DNA of 64,000 nucleotides from Spirochaetia bacterium. Its GTDB lineage: Bacteria; Spirochaetota; Spirochaetia; SZUA-6; Bin103. Each line of letters starts with the position of its first letter. Position 1 is the first letter of the stretch. The DNA lies in assembly GCA_965199955.1 (NCBI GenBank), contig CBDATQ010000001.1, positions 1,792,001 through 1,856,000 of the forward strand, read 5' to 3'. The notes below the pieces were generated by a model, which made no database searches, was not told where the DNA came from, and saw only the letters and a program-made list of their open reading frames with translations. A program made the translations under genes and the position numbers. Positions 1 through 11,875 of this stretch are shown piece by piece.

Positions 1-2
1 TC

Positions 3-548
3 GAGAAGGGGCTGATCTCGCCGGAGCGGCTGAGCTCGGCCAATCCTCACCCCAGCTTCTGGGCGGGACAGGCCGCGTTCCACCAGGCATGGCAGGGGGC
101 CCTGGGGATCGCCAACAACCCGGAGCGCTCCCAGGTCGCCCCGAACGCGGACTACCTGCTGCTGCCCGACCAGCACCACACGTGGCTGCTGCCGGCCGGG
201 CTCACGGTGAGCGCGTTCACGGACCATCCGGAGGCGGCGATGGAGCTGGTAGAGTTTTTCGCCGGAGAGGACATGCAGCGCTTCCTGTTCGACGCCAACG
301 GCCTGTTTCCGGCGAGCACGGCGGTGTTCCAGGCGTTGGGCGATGCCGATGCCATCGACGGCTTCGAGGCGATGAACGAGCAGGCCAAGTACATCGTCAC
401 GATTCCGTATGATCAGCCGTGGTACATCGAATTCGAGAAGGAAGCCGAGCAGCTCATGCTGCGCGCCGCCCGCGGTGAGCAGGCGCCTGAGGACGCGCTG
501 GCCGAGCTGGCCGAGTTCGCGCGCGAGTTGAAGGCGGACTACGAATAG
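3..548 (+). CDS. Carbohydrate ABC transporter substrate-binding protein, C-terminal part (5' end outside window)
   Basis: Frame open from base 3 (EKGLISPE...AAFHQAWQG...HPEAAMELVEFF...PEDALAELA); precedes two CUT1 permeases. Confidence 0.8.
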   Translation, partial: EKGLISPERLSSANPHPSFWAGQAAFHQAWQGALGIANNPERSQVAPNADYLLLPDQHHTWLLPAGLTVSAFTDHPEAAMELVEFFAGEDMQRFLFDANGLFPASTAVFQALGDADAIDGFEAMNEQAKYIVTIPYDQPWYIEFEKEAEQLMLRAARGEQAPEDALAELAEFARELKADYE

Positions 549-646
549 GGGACTCAGGAGGGGCCGCTCGCGCGACCCGCGAGCGGTCGGAAGCCGGGCT
601 TCAGGCGATTGGAGCCCGGCTCTCTCGTGCCCTCGACCGGCCGCGG

Positions 647-1501
647 GTGCTGGCGGGCGCGGTGCTGGTGCCGACGCTGGCCCTGGTGGTCCTGTTCGGC
701 CATATCCCCGCGCTCTCCTCGCTGCGGCTGGCCTTCTCGCGCTACAACATCAAGCAGCCGGCGCGGCGCGGCTTCGTCGGCCTGGACAACTTCGTCCACG
801 TCCTCACCGACGACGCCTTTCACGCCGCGCTGGGGCGCGTGGCCTACTTCATGGCCACGGCCATCGTTGCCGTGCTCGCGATCGGGCTGGTCTTCGCGCT
901 GGTGCTCAACCGCGATTTCCGCGGGCGTGCGCTGTTGCGGACGGTGATCATCATCCCGTGGGCGATCCCGCCGGTGGTGTCCGGGCATGCGTGGCGCTGG
1001 ATCTTCAACGGCGAGTACGGCGCGCTGAACGGACTGCTGTGGCAGGCAGGCGTCATCGACGAGTACCGGTTCTGGCTCACCGAACCGCTCACCGCGCTCT
1101 CCGCCGCGGTGCTGGTGTTCGTGTGGCGCTTCGTGCCCTTCGTGGCCGTGCTGTTCCTGGGCGCACTGCAGACCATTCCCGCCGAGCTGTATGAGAGCGC
1201 CGCCGTCGACGGCGCCGGCCCCGTGCGCCGCTTCCGGCACGTCACCGTGCCCGCGGTGACGGCCATCGCCGCGATCGCGCTGGTCCTCACCGGCATCACG
1301 GCATTCAACGTGTTCGACGAGATCTATGCGCTCACCGGACCGCAGGAGATCACGCGCACGCCGATGATCTACAACTACGAGACGACGTTCGTGCGCGGCC
1401 GCTTCGGCCGAGGGGCGGCGATGGCGTACCTCTCCGGCCTGGTGCTGTTCGCCCTGTCCATCGTCTACATGCGGCTGGCGCTCCGCGAGCGGGACGTGTA
1501 G
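647..1501 (+). CDS. Carbohydrate ABC transporter permease (MalF/UgpA-like); start uncertain
   Basis: FVGLDNF, multiple TM segments, EAA loop 'ELYESAAVDGAGPVRRFRHVTVP'. Confidence 0.9.
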   Translation: MLAGAVLVPTLALVVLFGHIPALSSLRLAFSRYNIKQPARRGFVGLDNFVHVLTDDAFHAALGRVAYFMATAIVAVLAIGLVFALVLNRDFRGRALLRTVIIIPWAIPPVVSGHAWRWIFNGEYGALNGLLWQAGVIDEYRFWLTEPLTALSAAVLVFVWRFVPFVAVLFLGALQTIPAELYESAAVDGAGPVRRFRHVTVPAVTAIAAIALVLTGITAFNVFDEIYALTGPQEITRTPMIYNYETTFVRGRFGRGAAMAYLSGLVLFALSIVYMRLALRERDV

Positions 1502-1509
1502 GGGACGTC

Positions 1510-2412
1510 GTGCCCGCCTCCTCGCTGTCGATCGCCGGCGCACCGCCGGTCCGCCGCGTGCTGTCGCGCGGCCTGCTCTGGACGCTGGTGGCGCTGATGA
1601 CGGCCTGGAGCCTGGGACCGATCGTCTGGATCTTCATCTCCTCGATCTCGGTGCGCGCGGAGCTGTACTCGGTGCCGCCGCACTGGATCCCGCATGAACC
1701 GACCCTGGCGCCGTATCGGACGGTGCTGTTCGAGGGCGAGGGGTTCCGCGGCGCCGCCGGGCAGGCGGCGGCGGAGCTGTTCCGCGCGGGGCTGCTCAAT
1801 TCGCTGATCATCAGCACCTCGACGACGCTACTGGTGATGGCGCTGGCGCCGCTGCTGGGCTACGTGTTCGGCCGGATCGAGTTCCCCGGCCGCCGCGCCC
1901 TGTTCTACTTCGTGCTGGCGCTGATCGCGTTGCCGGGCTGGCCGATCATCATCGGCCTGTTCCCGATGATGTCGTCGCTGCGGCTCCTCGATACCCGGCT
2001 CGGGCTCGTCATCCTGCTGTTCACCTACCGGATCCCGTTCGAGATGTGGTTCATGACCGGCTACTTCCGTGCCGTGCCGGCGGAGATCGAGGACGCGGCC
2101 CGCGTCGACGGCTGCACGCGCCTGCAGGCGCTCTATCGCGTCACCATCCACATGGTCCGGCCGGGCATCGTCGCGGTCTCCATCATCTCGTTCCTGCACT
2201 CCTGGAACTTCTTTCTGGTGCCGCTGATCATGGCGTACACGCTGAGCTCCAAGCCCCTGACGGTCACGATCACGGAGTTCATCGGCCAGTACTACGTGCA
2301 CTGGGACCTGATGTCGGCGGCCACCATCCTGGCCATCGTGCCGCCGGTGGTGATGGTCATCCTGTTCCAGCGGCACATCGTCCGCGGGCTGTCGGCGGGA
2401 GCGATCCGGTGA
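1510..2412 (+). CDS. Carbohydrate ABC transporter permease (MalG/UgpE-like)
   Basis: EAA loop 'EIEDAARVDGCTRLQAL', C-terminal 'FQRHIVRGLSAGA'. Confidence 0.9.
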   Translation: MPASSLSIAGAPPVRRVLSRGLLWTLVALMTAWSLGPIVWIFISSISVRAELYSVPPHWIPHEPTLAPYRTVLFEGEGFRGAAGQAAAELFRAGLLNSLIISTSTTLLVMALAPLLGYVFGRIEFPGRRALFYFVLALIALPGWPIIIGLFPMMSSLRLLDTRLGLVILLFTYRIPFEMWFMTGYFRAVPAEIEDAARVDGCTRLQALYRVTIHMVRPGIVAVSIISFLHSWNFFLVPLIMAYTLSSKPLTVTITEFIGQYYVHWDLMSAATILAIVPPVVMVILFQRHIVRGLSAGAIR

Positions 2413-3623
2413 GGCCGGCGGTCCGGTTTGGGGCCGACGTGCTGCTGCATCGGCCTGAGGGCGCCGCGTTCCGGGAGCGGCTGCGCGGGCGGCGCGTGGC
2501 GCTGGTGGCCCACCCGGCCAGCGTCGACGCGCGCCTGCGGCCGGTCTGGGAGCTGATCGGCACGCTCCCGGACGTGCGGCTCACGGCGCTGCTGTCGCCA
2601 CAGCACGGCTTTGCCGGTGAGAAGCAGGACGACATGGTGGAGAGCGCCGACGCGTACCATCCCGAGCTCGGAGTGCCGATCCTCAGCCTCTACGGCGGGA
2701 CGCGCCGCCTGCGTCCGGAGTGGATCGACCGGTTCGACGTGCTGCTGTTCGACCTGCAGGACGTGGGTGTTCGCGTCTACACCTTCCTGACCACCCTGGG
2801 CTACCTGCTCGAGGATCTGGCCGGACACGCCGACCGCGAGCTGTGGGTGCTGGACCGGGCCAACCCGGCGGGCCGCTGCGTGGAGGGGCTGGCGCTGCAG
2901 CCCGGCCAGGAGAGCTTCGTCGGCTTGGCGACCCTGCCCATGCAGCACGGTCTGACCATGGGCGAGTGCGCGTGCTGGTATCGCCGCTTCGCCGGTCTGG
3001 ACGTGCGGCTGGAGGTGGTGCCGATGCTCGGCTGGGATCCGCACGCGCCATGGCCGGCGGAGCGGGTCTGGCTGCAGCCGAGCCCGAACATGCCGTCGCC
3101 GGCGACGGCGCGTGCCTACCCGGGCACCGTGCTGCTGGAGGGTACGACGCTGAGCGAGGGCCGCGGCACCACGCGCCCGCTGTCGCTGGTCGGCCACCCG
3201 CGGGTCGACTGGTCCGCGGTCAGGCGGCGCCTGGAGGAGCGCTGCCCGGAGCTGCTGGCCGGCCTGGTGATGCGCGACGTCTGCTTCGAGCCGACCTTCC
3301 ACAAGCACGCCGGGCGGCCGTGCCCGGGCTTCGAACTGGTGACCGCCGATCCGGTCTACGACCCGGTCCGGTGCCGCCCGTACCGGCTGATCGCCGCCAT
3401 CCTCCGGACCGTTCGGGAGCTCCATCCCGGCCTGCCGCTGTGGCGGGACCCGCCCTACGAGTACGAGACCGATCGCCTGCCGATCGACGTGATCGCAGGC
3501 GGCCCGGCCCTGCGCCGCTGGGTGGACGGTGCGGACGGCGAGCCGCCGGAAGCCTGGGAGGGCAGGCTGCGGGCGGACGAACGTGCGTGGGCGAGGTTGA
3601 CCGAGCCCTTCAGGAGATACTGA
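2409..3623 (+). CDS. DUF1343 / NamZ-like exo-beta-N-acetylmuramidase
   Basis: Motifs 'LLSPQHGF', 'FDLQDVGVRVYTF', 'HGLTMGE', 'PSPNMP', 'SEGRGTTRP'; GTG overlaps the permease TGA. Confidence 0.85.
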   Translation: MRPAVRFGADVLLHRPEGAAFRERLRGRRVALVAHPASVDARLRPVWELIGTLPDVRLTALLSPQHGFAGEKQDDMVESADAYHPELGVPILSLYGGTRRLRPEWIDRFDVLLFDLQDVGVRVYTFLTTLGYLLEDLAGHADRELWVLDRANPAGRCVEGLALQPGQESFVGLATLPMQHGLTMGECACWYRRFAGLDVRLEVVPMLGWDPHAPWPAERVWLQPSPNMPSPATARAYPGTVLLEGTTLSEGRGTTRPLSLVGHPRVDWSAVRRRLEERCPELLAGLVMRDVCFEPTFHKHAGRPCPGFELVTADPVYDPVRCRPYRLIAAILRTVRELHPGLPLWRDPPYEYETDRLPIDVIAGGPALRRWVDGADGEPPEAWEGRLRADERAWARLTEPFRRY

Positions 3624-3630
3624 GCGTCGT

Positions 3631-4704
3631 TCAGGAACCGTTGCGCGGCAGGGGCAGGTCGACGCGGTTGTGGCCATTCTGTTGTGAGGCCAGGATTCCC
3701 AGCAGGATCTCGAGCGTCCAGCGCGCGTCGGTGCCGGGCGACACCAGGGTTTCGCTGCCTGAGTCCAGGGCTGCCACCAATTCGTCGACCGCGGCGAGCT
3801 GGTTGACGTACAGGTAGTCGCCGGGCACCAGCTCCGCGGCGCGCAGCTCCCGGTTCATGCCGCTGCCGCCGCTGGTGAGGATGCGGCCATGCTCGCCGTG
3901 GAACTCCACCCGGCCGCGCTCACAGGTGATGCTGAGGATCCCGGCGTTGAACTCGGTCTTGTAGCCGCTGAAGATGCCGCGGATGTCGTCCTCGAAGCCG
4001 ATCAAGGCAGTGGCATACGGGTCCTGGGCCGGGTCCTTGCCGCCGTCGCCCTGGTAGCGGTCGAAGTGGTCGAACCCGGGCTCGAGCTTCGCGCTGACCC
4101 AGCGCGGCTCGGCTCCGGCGAAGAAGCAGAGCAGGTCGATCATGTGGGTGCCGTTGCGGAACATCATGGCGCGGGGGCCATAGTGCTCGACCGCCACGGT
4201 ACGCACCGCGCCCAGCGCGCCGGAGGCCACCATGCGCTGCGCTTTGGAGTGGGAGGCCGACCAGCGGCGGGTGTGGTCCACAGACAGCAGCACGCCGTTG
4301 CGCGCGCACGCCTCGATCATCCGGTCGGCGTCCTCCAGCGTGGTGGCGATCGGCTTCTCGCAGAAGATCGCCCGTGCGCCCGATTCGGCAGCGGCCACGG
4401 TCAGGTCGGCGTGGACGTGGTCGCCGGTGACGACGCTGACGATGTCCGGCTTCTGCTCTGCCAGGAGCTTGGCGAAGTCGGTGTGGACGGCGACGTCGGG
4501 AAGGTCCGGCCACGTCTCCCGGAACTCGTCGAGCGCCTCGCTGCGCAGGTCGCAGACGCCGACCAGCTCGGTGCGCGGGTGCTCGGCGTAGCAGGACACG
4601 TGGGAGCGGCCCATGGGGCGTCGCAGACCGCCGCTGAGGACCTCTGCGCGCCTGGCGCCGATGCCGGTGAGGCCGACGACCGCGGCCCGGTAGATCTGTT
4701 CCAT
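3631..4704 (-). CDS. Gfo/Idh/MocA family oxidoreductase
   Basis: Rossmann N-terminus, 'IFCEKPIA', 'GTHMID'. Confidence 0.9.
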   Translation of the reverse strand: MEQIYRAAVVGLTGIGARRAEVLSGGLRRPMGRSHVSCYAEHPRTELVGVCDLRSEALDEFRETWPDLPDVAVHTDFAKLLAEQKPDIVSVVTGDHVHADLTVAAAESGARAIFCEKPIATTLEDADRMIEACARNGVLLSVDHTRRWSASHSKAQRMVASGALGAVRTVAVEHYGPRAMMFRNGTHMIDLLCFFAGAEPRWVSAKLEPGFDHFDRYQGDGGKDPAQDPYATALIGFEDDIRGIFSGYKTEFNAGILSITCERGRVEFHGEHGRILTSGGSGMNRELRAAELVPGDYLYVNQLAAVDELVAALDSGSETLVSPGTDARWTLEILLGILASQQNGHNRVDLPLPRNGS

Positions 4705-4721
4705 TCCCCGGATGATACCCG

Positions 4722-5876
4722 TCAGGGTGTCGGCCCGGCCACCACGTCGCCGGCGCGGACGGTCAGGCGCGGCACCCAGCGCACGCCGTGCCGTTCCACG
4801 CCGTCGACATCGCGCAGCGGCACCGGGTTACCTCCCTCGGCCTGCTCCAGCACGGCCAGATCCGCGCAGGTGCCCGGCCGCAGCGAGCCGACCTCGCTGT
4901 CCAGTCCCAGCACCTCGGCGGGGCGCAGGGTCGCGCGGCGAAAGGCCTCGCGTTCCGGCATGCCGGCCGCGATCACCTTGGAGACCGTGAGCGCCAGGTC
5001 GTGCTGCGGGCGGGAACCGACGTGGCGGTGGTACTGGTCGCTGGAGATCGTGTCGGGCCAGAACCCTTCGCCGATGGCCGCTTCCGCGACCGGGAAACTG
5101 AACGAGGCCATGCCGTGGCCGATGTCGAACAGCACCCCGCGGGTCCGAGCCTCGCGGACGCAGGCGCGCACGCGGCCGTGCCGCACCAGGCCCTCCGGCA
5201 GCGGGTTGAAGCAGTAGGTGACCACGTCGCCGGCGCGCAACAGCGGGAGCTGCTCGTCCAGCGGCCAGTCGGGGTCCATGCGCGTGCCGAACAGCAGCGG
5301 CCGGCGGGTGCGCCCGGCGGCCTTCAGCGCCCGATCGAGCAGGGGATGCGGGTCCATGCCGATCGAGGGGCCGGTGTTCACGGCGATCCCCCAGATGTCC
5401 GCGCCGCCGTCCTCGATCGCGGCGACGCACGCGTCCACGTCGGCGTCTGCCAGCGAGCCGTAGGGGCGGTCGGGATCGGACTCGCCGCGCCGCGACAGGT
5501 GGATGGCCAGGCGCACCCGCGTGCGGCTGGCGGCGATCACCCGGTCGCGATAGTCCGGCCAGTTGCCCGCCCCGGCGTCGCCCTGCGAGAGCACCGTGGT
5601 CGTGCCGCGGGGCAGCAGGTGCACGTCCGGATCGATGCCGTAACGCGACCCGCCGCGCGCTGGATGGGCGTGCAGGTCCACCAGGCCTGGGATCAAGAGC
5701 CCGTCCGGGAAGCTCACCCACTCACGGGTCGTGCCACTAACGTCCGGTCCCGCCGCCGCGATGCGGCCCCCGCGTACGGCGACCGCTCCCGGTCCGTCGA
5801 ATCCGGCGGCGGCGCACAACACACGGCCGGCGCTGATGATCAGATCGTACCTCGCGGAGTCGTCCCGTGGTTTCAC
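4722..5876 (-). CDS. Amidohydrolase/deacetylase-family metallohydrolase (dihydroorotase-like)
   Basis: 'PGLVDLHAH', 'DIGHGMASFSF', 'ISSD', 'GSLRPGTCADL'; GTG start overlaps upstream TGA. Confidence 0.85.
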   Translation of the reverse strand: MKPRDDSARYDLIISAGRVLCAAAGFDGPGAVAVRGGRIAAAGPDVSGTTREWVSFPDGLLIPGLVDLHAHPARGGSRYGIDPDVHLLPRGTTTVLSQGDAGAGNWPDYRDRVIAASRTRVRLAIHLSRRGESDPDRPYGSLADADVDACVAAIEDGGADIWGIAVNTGPSIGMDPHPLLDRALKAAGRTRRPLLFGTRMDPDWPLDEQLPLLRAGDVVTYCFNPLPEGLVRHGRVRACVREARTRGVLFDIGHGMASFSFPVAEAAIGEGFWPDTISSDQYHRHVGSRPQHDLALTVSKVIAAGMPEREAFRRATLRPAEVLGLDSEVGSLRPGTCADLAVLEQAEGGNPVPLRDVDGVERHGVRWVPRLTVRAGDVVAGPTP

Positions 5877-6874
5877 GGCGTGAAGAAGAAGGTGTCGGAC
5901 CGCATGGTGGCCAGGCCGATCTGGGAGATGCCGCCGCGTCCCCGGCCGCCGGGCCGGGTGTCGGCGATGTGGCGCGGCTCTCCACTGGAGCGGCCCTCGT
6001 ACCACATGTAGTACACCCCGTCGATCTTCTCGGTGGTGCCGTACCAGATGCCGCAGTCGTCCCAGGTGCTCTCGGGGCCGCGCTCGAAGACCGGATTGCC
6101 GGGGTAGCGGGTCCAGGTGACCAGGTCGTGCGAGGCCGCGACGCCGAAGTGCCAGGGCGTGTCCTCGTGCCGGTCGCTGCCCGCGTACACCATGTACCAG
6201 AGGCCGTTGTCGCGGAAGATGCGGTGGGTGGTAACCGTCAGCCCTTCCCAGCTACCCGGCTCGCCCACGCCCAGCACGATCTGCCGCCGGGTGTGGTCGA
6301 ACCGGTAGGGGTCGGGCGAGCGCACCAGGCAGATGTCGGTGCCGCCGCGCGGATCCAGCGCGGAGTAGAACATCCAGTACTCGCCGGCGTGGTGCACGAC
6401 CTCCGGCGCGGCCGCGAACGCCGGGATCAGCGGCTCGTCGGCCCAGCGCTCGAAGCGCAGCCCGTCGCCCGACACCGCCAGGCCGATGCTCTTGACGGAG
6501 TGGCCCCACCCGCGGCCCACGCTGCCCGGCCGCTCCTGCGGCACCGCCGTGTAGTACAGCAGGTACGTGCCGTCCGCCACCACGATGGCGGGATCCAGTG
6601 CTCCCATGTCGTCGAAGCTCCCGGCCGGGCCCGGACGGGTCACGGGGTTGCCAGGGTGCTCCTGCCACGTCACCCCGTCGAACCGTTCCACAGGGCAGGT
6701 GAGCAGCCCGATGGCCGCGTTGACCGTGCCGTCGTCGTGCTTGGCGTTGCCCCGGAAGTAGAGCCGCCACTGGTCGCCGACGCGGATCACGTCGGCATTG
6801 GCGGTCACGAAGTTGTGCCACGTGCCCGGCTTCACGGGGATGATCGGATTGGCCGGGTGCCGCTGCAGCGTCAT
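5873..6874 (-). CDS. Five-bladed beta-propeller glycosidase-like protein (GH130/GH32/GH43 clan)
   Basis: Repeated blades 'NPV...P..SFD', 'YLLYYT', 'IGLAVSGDGLRFER', 'GVAASHDLVTWTRYPGNPV'. Confidence 0.75.
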   Translation of the reverse strand: MTLQRHPANPIIPVKPGTWHNFVTANADVIRVGDQWRLYFRGNAKHDDGTVNAAIGLLTCPVERFDGVTWQEHPGNPVTRPGPAGSFDDMGALDPAIVVADGTYLLYYTAVPQERPGSVGRGWGHSVKSIGLAVSGDGLRFERWADEPLIPAFAAAPEVVHHAGEYWMFYSALDPRGGTDICLVRSPDPYRFDHTRRQIVLGVGEPGSWEGLTVTTHRIFRDNGLWYMVYAGSDRHEDTPWHFGVAASHDLVTWTRYPGNPVFERGPESTWDDCGIWYGTTEKIDGVYYMWYEGRSSGEPRHIADTRPGGRGRGGISQIGLATMRSDTFFFTP

Positions 6875-8628
6875 GCCGCCGCCTCCCGGCGATAGCGGAT
6901 CGACAGCTCCAGCTCGCGCAGGTACACGGCCGGCTGCACCTGTCGGTTCTTGTGCGTCAGTTCGATCGTGAACATGTTCACCCCACGCCGCGGTGTGCGG
7001 CGGCGCAGATCATAGACCAGATCGACGAAGGCGCTGTTGGGGCCGGTCGGCGCGCCCGGCTGCAGGGTCGGGGCGTCGCGCAGTTGGTCGATGGCGATGC
7101 CGTTGAGCCGCACGGCCAGACCGTCCACCGGCGTCAGGTTCACCAGCAACAAGTGCAGGCGCACCTCCGTCAATTCGGCGGCCGGGATCTCCTCCAGCGC
7201 GTCGGCCACCTTGAGCTGCAGCTCGACCGGTTCCCCCTCCGCCAGCACCAGCGGTAGCGACGCCGGCTGCGCCAGGTGCGCGTCCGGGTGTCCGACGCCG
7301 CCGCCGGGAACCTCGAAGTCCAGGCAATACAGCTTGTCGCGGCGCTCCAGCGCGTCGGCCGAGCGCCCGTCCCGCAGGATCGCTCCGTCGAGGTGGCGGC
7401 CGTGGCGGGCGACCTGGTCCCACAGGTTGAACACGTAGATGCCGTGGGCCCCGTCCAGGTAGGCGTTGGCGGCCAGCGCGCGCCACAGGTTGACCGGCAT
7501 CCCCTCCGGCACGCCGCGCTTGCCCTCGCGATTGTGCCGGCTCTCCTTGAGCACGCCGTAGTCGGCATCCGACTCCGTCCCATCCGGATCAGGCAGCCGG
7601 TCCTCGTCCTGCAGCGCGCGGGTCTGTTCCCAGGTCTGGTTGGGCATCACGGTGTCCACGCCGGCCAGCACCTGGCAGCGCGTGCCGCGGCTGACGGCGG
7701 CCAGCGGGCGCAGGTCGGTCTCGAACTTGTTGGTGCGCGTGGGACTGGGGATCAGCACGTCGAGCAGACCGTCGCTCACCCAGGTCTCCACGTCGAGGCC
7801 GATGGCGTCGCAGCCGCCCAGGGCGGTGGGGCAGCGGGCCGCCATGCCCAGGTGCCGGCCGCGGCGGCGCCCGGCCTCGTCCAGGACCACGCGCACCTCG
7901 CGCACGAAAGCGGTCATGAGCGGGCGGCCGGCGGCGACCCGGGCAGGGTGGAAGAAGAACGGGTTGCGCATGAAGTCGAGCTCCACTCCGTCGACCTCGA
8001 AGCGGGAAGCGATGTCGGTGATGATCGACACCCACCAGGCCCTGACCTCAGGTTGCGCGTAGTCGAGCAGATCGGCGGAGAACACGCTGCCCGGCCAGTT
8101 CCGGCCGATGCGGTACTCGGGATGGCGGCGCCAGAGCTCCGAGGTGAGCGGGCTGGCCTCCGCGCCGCGCTGATGGTTCCACAACTGGTCGGGATGGGGT
8201 ATGCCGAAGTCGACCGCTCCCGGCGCCGGTGCGTCCACGGGCGGCGGGAAGGCGAAGTGGCCGTCGTTCATGCGCAGCGACGCGTACAGGTGCATCCCGT
8301 GGCGGTGGCAGCGCCCGCACACGAGAGCCAGCGGCTCCTGGCCCGCGGCGCGCAGGCTGCGCAGCGTGGTGTGCGCCATCCACTCCTGCACGGTGGGGAA
8401 CACCTGCTGCCCGGTATCCAGGTCCTCGGCCACGCCGGAGCCGTACCAGAAGCGGGTGTTGCCGGCGCCCCAGCACAAGAGGTCGGCGCCGGCCATGCGG
8501 TCCACGGCGGCGCGCAGGAACCCTTCAGCGCTCAGCGGCACCTGCCGGTACTGCCAGAGCGATGCGCCGTCGTCGTTGACGGCTACCCGGTAGCGTCGCC
8601 CGACCCCGGTTGGGGCGGCGTCTGCCAC
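6871..8628 (-). CDS. GHL10-like TIM-barrel hypothetical glycoside hydrolase with C-terminal beta-sandwich
   Basis: 'VNDDG', 'SLRMNDGH', 'LDYAQPEVR', 'DGVELDFMR', 'GAHGIYVFN'. Confidence 0.7.
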   Translation of the reverse strand: MADAAPTGVGRRYRVAVNDDGASLWQYRQVPLSAEGFLRAAVDRMAGADLLCWGAGNTRFWYGSGVAEDLDTGQQVFPTVQEWMAHTTLRSLRAAGQEPLALVCGRCHRHGMHLYASLRMNDGHFAFPPPVDAPAPGAVDFGIPHPDQLWNHQRGAEASPLTSELWRRHPEYRIGRNWPGSVFSADLLDYAQPEVRAWWVSIITDIASRFEVDGVELDFMRNPFFFHPARVAAGRPLMTAFVREVRVVLDEAGRRRGRHLGMAARCPTALGGCDAIGLDVETWVSDGLLDVLIPSPTRTNKFETDLRPLAAVSRGTRCQVLAGVDTVMPNQTWEQTRALQDEDRLPDPDGTESDADYGVLKESRHNREGKRGVPEGMPVNLWRALAANAYLDGAHGIYVFNLWDQVARHGRHLDGAILRDGRSADALERRDKLYCLDFEVPGGGVGHPDAHLAQPASLPLVLAEGEPVELQLKVADALEEIPAAELTEVRLHLLLVNLTPVDGLAVRLNGIAIDQLRDAPTLQPGAPTGPNSAFVDLVYDLRRRTPRRGVNMFTIELTHKNRQVQPAVYLRELELSIRYRREAAA

Positions 8629-8636
8629 GCTGCGGC

Positions 8637-9801
8637 TCAGTCGAGCGAGAACAGGGCCGCTTCGATGTAGCGTACGGTGTCGCCCGGATCGCTCCAGTAG
8701 TAGACGCTGATGATGCGGCCGTCGGCGAGCTGGACCGTGCACGGCTCGCCGATGTCGGAGTAGGGCTCTTCGAACACCGAACCGTCGTGTGCCCAGGCCT
8801 GCAGCATCGGGCGCGAGCCGGGGATGTGCTCGCCGTCGCGCACCGACCACCCTTCGTGGTCGCTCCAGGTGCGCCCGTCGTCGTCGCTCACCGCCACGCG
8901 CATGCTGGGGATGTGGCGGTCGCTCCACGTGAACAGCAGGCGCCCGTCCTGCAGCCGGATGGTGCTGGTGGCGGAGCCGGTCACCCGGAACGGCAGCGAC
9001 TCCAACTCGCTCCAGGTGCGCCCGGCGTCCTGCGATCGGGCAAGCCACGCGTTCACTTCCCGCGCTTCTCGGCCGTCCGGCAGGTCGATGAACTCCTCCG
9101 AGTGCATGACCGCCAGAATCTCTCCGTCCGGCAGCGGCACCAGCGACGCCTGGTGATAGCGCCGCCTTCCGCGCGGGTCGAGGGCCACGATCGAGCCGTC
9201 GCCCCAGGTCAGCCCGCGGTCATGGGAGCGCACCACGCACTGCGGGTGCTGCTGCGGCGCGGCGGGATCGGAGCCCAGGCTGCCGCACAGGGGCGCCAGC
9301 AGGGTGCCGTCGGCCAGTTCGATCATCGGCGCGTGAATGGCCGAGTGGCTGAGCGGCGACGGGGTCAGTGGCGTCGGCTCGTCCCAGGTGCGGCCGCCAT
9401 CGCGTGATCGGCGCGCGAAGTCGATGTAGCTCCGCTCCGCGCTCCAGCCGGCGCCGTCCTGCAGGACGGCCGTCTTCGGCTGCGTCTGCAGGACGTTGAG
9501 GGCGTAGATGAACAGCACCAGACCGCCGCTGGCCGCGCTCGCCGAGCACTGCTCCATGGGGAAGGTGTCGGTGAGGTGCTGGCAGCCGGACAGCGGCCAG
9601 GTCAGTCCGCCGTCACTCGAGCGGATCAGCGATCCCCGGCAGTCCGGCTCCGAGTGATTGTGACCGGCTCCCTTCTCGGGCGGCCCGTAGCGGGCCTCGC
9701 GGAACGATACCAGCAGATCTCCGTCGGCCAGCCGGGCGATCTCCGGGAACGCGGCGTTCCACTCGCGTGCGGGGTCTCGATACACGGTGACGTGTTGCAG
9801 A

Positions 9802-9812
<11 letters not shown>
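8637..9812 (-). CDS. Sialidase-like BNR/Asp-box beta-propeller protein
   Basis: Five Asp-boxes (SSDGGLTW, SRDGGRTW, SHDRGLTW, SQDAGRTW, SDDDGRTW), 'AFPEI'. Confidence 0.8.
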
Positions 9813-11863
<2,051 letters not shown>

Positions 11864-11875
11864 CGCCGATAACCA

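Noticed and set aside
563..620. Two hairpins after the first binding-protein gene as an ncRNA
   Set aside because: Region is an open in-frame extension of the permease, and GC-rich stems arise easily by chance
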